Notes under the pieces: generated by a model
Seen by the model: only the letters and a program-made list of their open reading frames with translations
What the model was told of the DNA's origin: nothing
The model's database searches: none
Source of the DNA: Spirochaetia bacterium
GTDB taxonomy: Bacteria > Spirochaetota > Spirochaetia > SZUA-6 > Bin103
Length of the DNA stretch: 64,000 bases
NCBI GenBank assembly: GCA_965203055.1
Contig: OZ241863.1
Location: forward strand, 4,320,001-4,384,000
Reading direction: 5' to 3'
Position numbers and translations under genes: made by a program
Part shown: positions 57,273 through 64,000 of the stretch, one piece after another
How the letters are laid out: each line of letters begins with the position of its first letter
How positions within the stretch are numbered: the first letter of the stretch is position 1

Positions 57273-58298
57273 TCAGTCCGCCGCCGCTTCCCGTTGGCGG
57301 CTGGCGAACTGCTGCCAGGCGATCATGGCGAGCGTGGCCAATATGGGGCCGATCACGAAGCCGATCAGTCCCAGCCAGGCGAGGCCGCCGAGGGTCGCCA
57401 GCAGCACCAGAGCCGGATGCAGCCCGGAACGATCTCCGACCAGCTTCGGGCGCAGCACGTTCTGGCTCAGCACCACGCCGGCCACTCCCGCGACGATCAG
57501 GCCGACGCCGCGGCCGACGTTACCCTGGATGATCAGCACGATGCCGGCCGGCACGATCGCCACGTTGATGCCCACCATCGGCAGCGCCGACAGGACCACC
57601 ATGAGCAATCCCCACAGCGCAGGAGAGGGGATTCCGAACAGCGCGAACAGCAATCCGCCGAAGGTGCCTTCCAGCACCCCGATGAACAGGGTGCCGAGTA
57701 CCGTTGCATCCAGCGTGCGGGCGGCATGCCGTATCAGTTCGTCCGTCTTGGCGCGGTCCAGCGGCAGCAACCGGTAGAGGCGGTCCACCAGCTTGTCGCC
57801 GTCCAGCAGCAGATAGATCACCAGAAAGCCGGTCACCACCGCGCGCACCAGCCAGGCGGCGAGACTGCTCAACGCCGTCTGGGACAGGCTCAGGATCCGG
57901 TTTACCACGTTGCCCACCAGCTCGGAGAGGCGCTGCCCCAGTTGATATTGTTCCACCAGCGCTTCCACCGCGGGCAGCCGCTGCTGGAACCACGCCAGCA
58001 GCTTCGGCCAGTCCGAACGGATCGCCTGCACCCCCTGCTCCACCGAGGTAAGCACGAGCCCGAGCAGGAGAACGGGCACCGCGCCGACCAGCACCAGCGC
58101 TACCATGATCAGCGCCGTCGCGGCGCCGCGCGCGACGCCGCGACGCAGCAGCCAGGTCAGCGGGTGGCGCAGCAGCAGCGCCAGGATCACCGCCATGACG
58201 ATGGCCACCAGATAGGGCGTCAACAGCCGGATGAACGCGGCGCTGAGCGCCACCAACAGCACAATGAAGAACGCGTCCTGAACCTGCTTGCGAGTCAC
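57273..58298 (-). CDS. AI-2E (PerM) family transporter
   Basis: YLLLDG, LRPKLVG, LHP..VLLATLGG..GFVIGP. Confidence 0.9.
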   Translation of the reverse strand: MTRKQVQDAFFIVLLVALSAAFIRLLTPYLVAIVMAVILALLLRHPLTWLLRRGVARGAATALIMVALVLVGAVPVLLLGLVLTSVEQGVQAIRSDWPKLLAWFQQRLPAVEALVEQYQLGQRLSELVGNVVNRILSLSQTALSSLAAWLVRAVVTGFLVIYLLLDGDKLVDRLYRLLPLDRAKTDELIRHAARTLDATVLGTLFIGVLEGTFGGLLFALFGIPSPALWGLLMVVLSALPMVGINVAIVPAGIVLIIQGNVGRGVGLIVAGVAGVVLSQNVLRPKLVGDRSGLHPALVLLATLGGLAWLGLIGFVIGPILATLAMIAWQQFASRQREAAAD

Positions 58299-58485
58299 GT
58301 CAATCGAAGGCGCTGCAACGCTGCTGCGTCAGCATAACCGTGGCATGATGGTTCCTTGCAGCCGGTGATGGTGTCAACACCGGGCGCTGGCGGCCGTGGC
58401 GGGCGCGCCGGCAGGGGGAGGACCGCTGCGGACCTGTGGGGCCCGCGGCGTAGACGCCGCCCGCGCGGTTGGGCATGCTGCGGTC

Positions 58486-59718
58486 ATGAACGCCACCGCA
58501 TCAGCGATCGCGGCCGCCTGCGACCGCCTCGCCGCGGCCCTGACCCGGAACGGGATCGACTTCGCCGCGGTCAAGGAGAAGCTCAAGGCGCAGGCCATCG
58601 AGACCCCTTCCTGGGGGTACGGCAACAGCGGTACCCGCTTCAAGGTGTTTCCCTGGCCGGGCGCGGCCCGCAACATCTACGAGAAGCTGGATGATGCGGC
58701 CTACCTCCACCGCCTTACCGGGGCCGCGCCGACGGTGGCGCTGCACATTCCGTGGGACCGGGTGGAGGACTGGCCGGCGCTCGGGCACTACGCGGCCGAG
58801 CGCGGAATCGGCATCGGAGCGATCAACCCCAACCTGTTCCAGGACGAGAGCTACAAGCTGGGCAGCATTTGCCACCCGTCGGCGGAGGTCAGGGAGCGCG
58901 CCGCGGCGCACATGATCGAGTGTTGCGGGATCATGGCCGCGGCCGGCAGCGACCTGCTCAGCGTGTGGCTGGCGGACGGCACCAATTACGCCGGCCAGGA
59001 CAGCATGGCCGCCCGCAAGGCGCGGCTGGAGGAGGCGCTGGCCGAGGTGTACCGCCACCTGCCGGCCGGCGCGCGCATGCTGTTGGAGTACAAGTTCTTC
59101 GAGCCGGGGTTCTATCACACCGATCTGGCCGACTGGGGCATCGCCTACGCCACCGCCCTCAAGCTGGGACCGCAGGCCGAGGTGCTGGTGGATACCGGGC
59201 ATCACGCGCTGTCCACCAACATCGCCCACGTCGTGAGCTATCTGCTGGCCGAGGGGCGGCTGGGCGGATTCCACTTCAACGCGCGCCGCTACGCCGACGA
59301 CGACCTGATCGTCGGCACCACCAATCCGTTCGAGCTGTTCGAGATCTTCTGCGAGCTGGTGCGGGCGGGCGAGGCCGCCGCGGCGGTGGCGTACATGATC
59401 GATCAGAGCCACAACGTCGAGCCGAAGCTGGAAGCGATGCTGGTCAGCGTGCTCAACTGCCAGACCGCCTACGCCAAGGCGCTGATCGTCGACTACGAGA
59501 CCCTGCGCGCGCGCCAGGCGGAGGGAGACGTGCTCGGCGCGCACCGCGTGTACGTGGACGCCTTCGAGACCGACGTCCGGCCGCTGCTGGCGCAAGTCCG
59601 TCTGGAGCAGGACCTGCCGCCCGATCCGCTGGCCGCCTACCGGGCGGATGACCGCGCTGCGCGCCTCGCCGCCGAGCGCGGCGTGGCGCAGACCGGCGGC
59701 GGGGGATACCCGGGGTGA
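58486..59718 (+). CDS. rhaI: L-rhamnose isomerase (RhaI-type)
   Basis: [46 protein letters not shown]. Confidence 0.9.
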   Translation: MNATASAIAAACDRLAAALTRNGIDFAAVKEKLKAQAIETPSWGYGNSGTRFKVFPWPGAARNIYEKLDDAAYLHRLTGAAPTVALHIPWDRVEDWPALGHYAAERGIGIGAINPNLFQDESYKLGSICHPSAEVRERAAAHMIECCGIMAAAGSDLLSVWLADGTNYAGQDSMAARKARLEEALAEVYRHLPAGARMLLEYKFFEPGFYHTDLADWGIAYATALKLGPQAEVLVDTGHHALSTNIAHVVSYLLAEGRLGGFHFNARRYADDDLIVGTTNPFELFEIFCELVRAGEAAAAVAYMIDQSHNVEPKLEAMLVSVLNCQTAYAKALIVDYETLRARQAEGDVLGAHRVYVDAFETDVRPLLAQVRLEQDLPPDPLAAYRADDRAARLAAERGVAQTGGGGYPG

Positions 59719-59742
59719 GGCGCCGTACGCTCCGGCTCCGTT

Positions 59743-60162
59743 TCAGTCGGTGTCGGCCGGCGGCCCCTCGCCCGCGCTGCTGAACGCAGCCACCGCCACC
59801 AGCCCGGAGACGACGGCGTTGGCGGCCAGCCAGGCGCGCTCGTCGGCAATGGTGCGCTCCAGCAGCACGCCGAAGAACGGGAACACCAGGTAGGGCGCCG
59901 GGCTCAACGCCGCGGCCGCCAGACGGACCGCCAGCGCCAGGCCCGCGCCGATGGCGGCGCCGGCGGCGAACAGGCGGCTGATCACCCCGCTCTCCTCCAG
60001 CCAGGAATTGATGAACAGCAGCAGCACCGGCAGCGACGCCGAGTAGAACAGGAAGAAGCCGCGGCCCTCCTCGCCGAGGAGGAGCGCGTCCAAATCCGGG
60101 ATGCGGTATGCGAACACGCCGGCGATTACGGCCACCGCCACCACCAGCACGAGGCGCAGCAT
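59743..60162 (-). CDS. Small hypothetical membrane protein
   Basis: 139 aa, 4-5 hydrophobic segments, fills the gap between rhaI and alaS. Confidence 0.6.
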   Translation of the reverse strand: MLRLVLVVAVAVIAGVFAYRIPDLDALLLGEEGRGFFLFYSASLPVLLLFINSWLEESGVISRLFAAGAAIGAGLALAVRLAAAALSPAPYLVFPFFGVLLERTIADERAWLAANAVVSGLVAVAAFSSAGEGPPADTD

Positions 60163-60339
60163 CGCCGCATCCTGCACCGGGGGCCGCACGCAGGGAAAGC
60201 CGGCCGCGCGCCGCGCTGCGCGCCGCGCGCACCGGCCCGGTTGCGGCCCCCGGGCGACTCGCGCGCGGCCGCCGCGCGGGCCGCGCCGCGGCGGTCTGCA
60301 ACGGAACGCCCGCTTCTGGTAGGGTGCAGCTCGACAAGC

Positions 60340-63012
60340 ATGCTCAAGACCGCCAAGACCGCCCGTCAGATCCGCCAGGAGTTCTTCGACTACTTCGTGC
60401 AGCGCCAGCATACGCTGGTGCCGAGCGCCCCGGTGATTCCCGCCGACGACCCGACGCTGTTGTTCACCAACGCGGGTATGAATCAGTTCAAGGATGTCTT
60501 CCTGGGGACCGGCACGCGCAGCTACGCGCGCGCGGTAGACACTCAGAAGTGCATTCGCGTCAGCGGCAAGCACAACGATCTGGAAGAGGTGGGACACGAC
60601 ACCTACCACCACACCTACTTCGAGATGCTCGGCAACTGGTCCTTCGGCGACTACTTCAAGGCCGAGGCGATTGCCTGGGCCTGGGACCTGCTCACCGCCC
60701 ACTGGGGGATTCCCAAGGAACGCCTCTACGCTACGGTGTTCTCCGGTGACGAGCAGGATGGCCTGCCGGCCGACGACGAGGCCGCGGCGCTGTGGCGCTC
60801 CGAGACCGACATCGACCCCGGCCACGTGCTCCGCTTCGACAAGAAGGACAACTTCTGGGAGATGGCGGACACCGGACCGTGCGGCCCCAACTCGGAGATC
60901 CACGTCGACCTGACCCCGGAGGGCAGTGGCGGACCGCTGGTCAACGCCGGCGACCCGCGGGTGATCGAGATCTGGAACCTGGTGTTCATCCAGTTCAACC
61001 GCCTCGCCGGCGGGACCCTGGAACCGTTGCCGGCCAAGCACGTCGATACCGGGATGGGCTTCGAGCGGCTGGTGGCGGTGCTGCAAGGCACCGACAACTA
61101 CGGCACCGACGTGTTCGCGCCGCTCATGGAAGGGATCGGCGATCTGGCGGGGCAGCGCTACGCCGCCGCGGGCGGGGAGCAACAGGTCGCGTTTCGCGTG
61201 CTGGCCGATCACGTCCGCATGTTGAGCTTTTCGATTGCCGACGGGGCGCTGCCCTCCAACGAGGGGCGCGGCTACGTGCTGCGGCGCCTGCTGCGGCGCG
61301 CCTCCCGCTACGGCCGGCTGCTGGAGCTGCGCGAACCGTTCCTCCACCGGCTGGTATCCACGGTGGCGGAGATGCACGCCGCGGAGTTCCCCGAAGTGGC
61401 GGCGCGGGCCGACTACATCGGCGAGGTGATCAGGGCGGAGGAAGCGAGCTTCAACCGCACCCTCGGGCGCGGCCTGGACATCTTCTCAGGTATCGTGCAG
61501 CGGGTGGCGGAGCGGCGGGAGAGCGAAGTGCCCGGCGGCGAAGCGTTTCGCCTCTACGACACCTACGGCTTTCCGCTGGACCTCACCATCGTGCTGGCGG
61601 CCGAGCGCGGGCTGACGGTGGATCAGGCCGGCTTCGACGCCGCCATGGCGGAGCAGCGCGAGCGGGCGCGGCGGGCCGGCAGGTTCGCCGCCGGCGGGGT
61701 GGAAGCATCCGCGTGGGTGCCGGTCACGCCGATGCGGCGGCAGCGCTTCGTCGGCTACGAACGACTTCGGGTGGAAACCGCGGTCCACAAGTGGGCGCTC
61801 AAGGATGGCCGCTACCACGTGGTGCTGCGCGACACTCCGTTCTATGCCGAGAGCGGCGGACAGGTGGGCGACCGCGGCGCCATCGAGGCGGGCGGCCTGC
61901 TCCTCACGGTGGAGGACACCCGGCGGGAAGGCGACCTGAGCGTCTGCCTGTGCCGCCCGGCGGCGGAGTCCGGCGCCGGCGCCGCGGCGGAGCAGCTCGC
62001 GGCGGCCGCGGTGACGGCCAGCGTCGACCGTGCCCGGCGCGCGCCCACCACCGCAAATCACACCGCTACCCATCTGCTGCATGCGGCGCTGCGCCAGATC
62101 CTCGGCGACCACGTGCATCAGTCGGGGTCGCTGGTGGCGCCCGACCACCTGCGGTTCGACTTCACCCACTGGCAGCGGGTCGAGCCCGGGCAACTCGGAG
62201 AGCTCGAGCGCATCGTCAACGGCGTGGTGCAGGCCGACCACGCGGTGGAGTACTTCACCGCCGAGTTCGACGCGGCCCGGCGGTTGGGCGCTACGGCCTT
62301 GTTCGGCGAGAAGTACGGCGCCACGGTGCGCGTGGTGCGCGTGGGCGCCGAGGCGGCCCCGGTAAGCCTGGAACTGTGCGGCGGCTGCCACGTCGTCCGC
62401 ACCGGCCAGATCGGCCCGTTCGTGATCACCTCGGAGGGCAGCATCGCCAGCGGCGTGCGCCGCATCGAGGCGCTCACCGGCGCCGCCGCGGTCGGCTACG
62501 TCCAGACGCAGCGCGCCACGCTGCAGCGGGTCAGCGCGCTGCTCGGCGGCTCCGCCGCCGAGCTCGAACGGCGTACCGAGGAATTGGTGCGGCATGCGCG
62601 GCACCTGGAGAAGCGCGTCAAGACGCTGGAGGCGGAGCAGAGCGCCCAGCAGGCCGCGGCGCTGGCCGCCCAGGCGGAGGAGATCGGCGGCGCGCGGCTC
62701 ATTCTCCGCACCTTCGAGGAGGAGTCGCCGGCCGCTCTCAAGGCGTTGGCGGAACGGCTGCGCGAAGCCGCGCCGCGTACCGTGGCGTTCCTGGTCTCCA
62801 CGCGCGGCGGCGGCTTGGCCATCGCCTGCGCGGTGAGCGACGACCTGGCCGCCGGCGCCCGGCGCCTGTCCGCCGCCGATCTGGTAAAGGAGGCCGCGGC
62901 CAAGGCCGGCGGCGGCGGCGGCGGGCGGCCCACCTTCGCCACCGCCGGCGCCAAGCGCGCCGCCAACCTCGACGCGGTGCTCGACGCGGTCCGCGCCCGG
63001 CTGGCCGGATAG
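60340..63012 (+). CDS. alaS: Alanine--tRNA ligase
   Basis: LLFTNAGMNQFK, FEMLGN, GPCGP, DTGMGFERL, HTATHLLH, ELCGGCH, GGGGG. Confidence 0.98.
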   Translation: MLKTAKTARQIRQEFFDYFVQRQHTLVPSAPVIPADDPTLLFTNAGMNQFKDVFLGTGTRSYARAVDTQKCIRVSGKHNDLEEVGHDTYHHTYFEMLGNWSFGDYFKAEAIAWAWDLLTAHWGIPKERLYATVFSGDEQDGLPADDEAAALWRSETDIDPGHVLRFDKKDNFWEMADTGPCGPNSEIHVDLTPEGSGGPLVNAGDPRVIEIWNLVFIQFNRLAGGTLEPLPAKHVDTGMGFERLVAVLQGTDNYGTDVFAPLMEGIGDLAGQRYAAAGGEQQVAFRVLADHVRMLSFSIADGALPSNEGRGYVLRRLLRRASRYGRLLELREPFLHRLVSTVAEMHAAEFPEVAARADYIGEVIRAEEASFNRTLGRGLDIFSGIVQRVAERRESEVPGGEAFRLYDTYGFPLDLTIVLAAERGLTVDQAGFDAAMAEQRERARRAGRFAAGGVEASAWVPVTPMRRQRFVGYERLRVETAVHKWALKDGRYHVVLRDTPFYAESGGQVGDRGAIEAGGLLLTVEDTRREGDLSVCLCRPAAESGAGAAAEQLAAAAVTASVDRARRAPTTANHTATHLLHAALRQILGDHVHQSGSLVAPDHLRFDFTHWQRVEPGQLGELERIVNGVVQADHAVEYFTAEFDAARRLGATALFGEKYGATVRVVRVGAEAAPVSLELCGGCHVVRTGQIGPFVITSEGSIASGVRRIEALTGAAAVGYVQTQRATLQRVSALLGGSAAELERRTEELVRHARHLEKRVKTLEAEQSAQQAAALAAQAEEIGGARLILRTFEEESPAALKALAERLREAAPRTVAFLVSTRGGGLAIACAVSDDLAAGARRLSAADLVKEAAAKAGGGGGGRPTFATAGAKRAANLDAVLDAVRARLAG

Positions 63013-63067
63013 TCGCCGTCCCCCCAGCCGACGTCCCGATACGCCCGGCCCGGCCGGACGTATTTGC

Positions 63068-63097
63068 TTGACATTGTCGAGTTCCCGGTACGATAGT
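63068..63097 (+). promoter_or_regulatory. Putative promoter for rpmB-mog
   Basis: TTGACA at 63068 with TACGAT or GATAGT as -10 candidates; AGGAG RBS before ATG 63128. Confidence 0.5.
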
Positions 63098-63127
63098 CCC
63101 TTGCGGAACAACAGATAGGAGTTTCAT

Positions 63128-63370
63128 ATGTCACGTACTTGCAAGATTACCGGCAAGAGGCCGATGGCCGGGAACAATGTGTCGAAGGCGCACAACAAGA
63201 CGCGGCGCGTGCAGCGGCCCAACCTGCAGCGCAAGCGGATCTACCTTCCCGAAGAGGAGCGCACGGTGCGGGTGCGGCTGTCGACGCGGGCGTTGCGCAC
63301 GGTCGACAAGAAGGGGCTGTTGAAGTACCTGCGCGACGAGGGGCTGCAACTTAGCGACGTCACGATATGA
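63128..63370 (+). CDS. rpmB: 50S ribosomal protein L28
   Basis: MSRTCKITGKRP..GNNVS..NKTRR..PNLQ. Confidence 0.97.
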   Translation: MSRTCKITGKRPMAGNNVSKAHNKTRRVQRPNLQRKRIYLPEEERTVRVRLSTRALRTVDKKGLLKYLRDEGLQLSDVTI

Positions 63371-63936
63371 CCGGCGCCGGGGATGCTGCCGGCCCCGCCC
63401 GCGAGGCGCGTATCGGCATCATCAACGTCTCCGACCGCGCCGCCGCCGGAGTCTATGAGGACCTGCCCGGCAAGGCCATCGTCGCCGCGCTGGGGGAGTA
63501 CTTGGTGTCCCCGTGGACCCGGGAGTACCGCATCGTGCCCGACGAGCGGGACCGGATCGCGGCCACCATGATCGAGTTGGCGGACGCCAAGGGCTGCTGC
63601 CTGATCGTCACCTCGGGCGGTACCGGTCCAGCGCCGCGCGACGTGACCCCCGAAGCCACCGCCGACGCCTGCGAGAAGATGCTGCCCGGATTCGGCGAGT
63701 TGATGCGCCAGGTGAGTCTGCAATACGTGCCTACCGCGATCCTGTCGCGCCAGACCGCCGGCGTACGCGGCGGCGCTCTGATCCTGAATCTGCCCGGCCG
63801 CCCGCGCGCCATCCGCCAATGCCTGGACGCCGTATTTCCCGCGGTGCCCTACTGCGTCGACCTGATCGGCGGGCCGCGGCTGGAGGTGAACCGCGACGTG
63901 GTCAAGGCATTCCGCCCCGGCGAAACCGCGAACTGA
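63367..63936 (+). CDS. mog: Molybdopterin adenylyltransferase
   Basis: VSDRA..YED, TSGGTGPAPRDVTPEAT, AILSRQ, NLPG.P; ATGA overlap with rpmB. Confidence 0.93.
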   Translation: MTGAGDAAGPAREARIGIINVSDRAAAGVYEDLPGKAIVAALGEYLVSPWTREYRIVPDERDRIAATMIELADAKGCCLIVTSGGTGPAPRDVTPEATADACEKMLPGFGELMRQVSLQYVPTAILSRQTAGVRGGALILNLPGRPRAIRQCLDAVFPAVPYCVDLIGGPRLEVNRDVVKAFRPGETAN

Positions 63937-64000
63937 TTACTGCGGCAGCCGCGTAGGCCGCTGAACGATGCCTGTTGCCGATCCGAACACGCGCGCGCAT

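Noticed and set aside
1..64000. Many long overlapping or antisense ORFs (e.g. 949-2901, 7153-10383, 9174-11681, 18518-21871, 44660-47044, 47368-50157, 60792-63071)
   Set aside because: Shadow frames of GC-rich genes: Arg/Ala/Gly/Pro-rich or antisense-codon pattern, no motifs, and they overlap well-supported CDSs.
1..64000. tRNA, rRNA, riboswitch, CRISPR array, prophage or integrase genes
   Set aside because: None recognised by eye. An Infernal/tRNAscan run would be needed to exclude small RNAs in the few intergenic gaps.

Overview
GC-rich bacterial chromosomal segment. A metabolic and housekeeping backbone carries peptide-type and sugar ABC transporters, sugar isomerases and oxidoreductases, a threonine synthase-like enzyme, a 2-oxoacid dehydrogenase complex (E2-E3-fused E1), cysM-mec, an aminopeptidase, L-rhamnose isomerase, alaS, rpmB and mog. 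It is repeatedly interrupted by small defence- or conflict-type islets. Main points: (1) a 12-kb, largely translationally coupled operon nurA-herA-sbcD-sbcC followed by a DUF4011-helicase-Vsr-like (Hhe-type) gene; (2) a Rpn PD-(D/E)XK nuclease with a strong internal RBS/ATG (RpnS-type intragenic antitoxin), and 12 kb away a stand-alone gene made of two tandem RpnS-like modules; (3) an ABC/AAA-DUF3696-type ATPase abutting an uncharacterised PLD/MIT_C-like (HDR) protein; (4) a PARIS-like ATPase + DUF4435 pair, each gene broken by a 1-nt loss in an A-run; (5) an orphan hsdS, a Fic gene and several AAA-nuclease genes; (6) an intact ISKra4/ISLre2-like IS with 25-bp TIRs and a 9-bp TSD, plus an ISL3 remnant. 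Several genes look leaderless. I saw no rRNA, tRNA or CRISPR array. All family calls come from motif recognition by eye, not from database searches.
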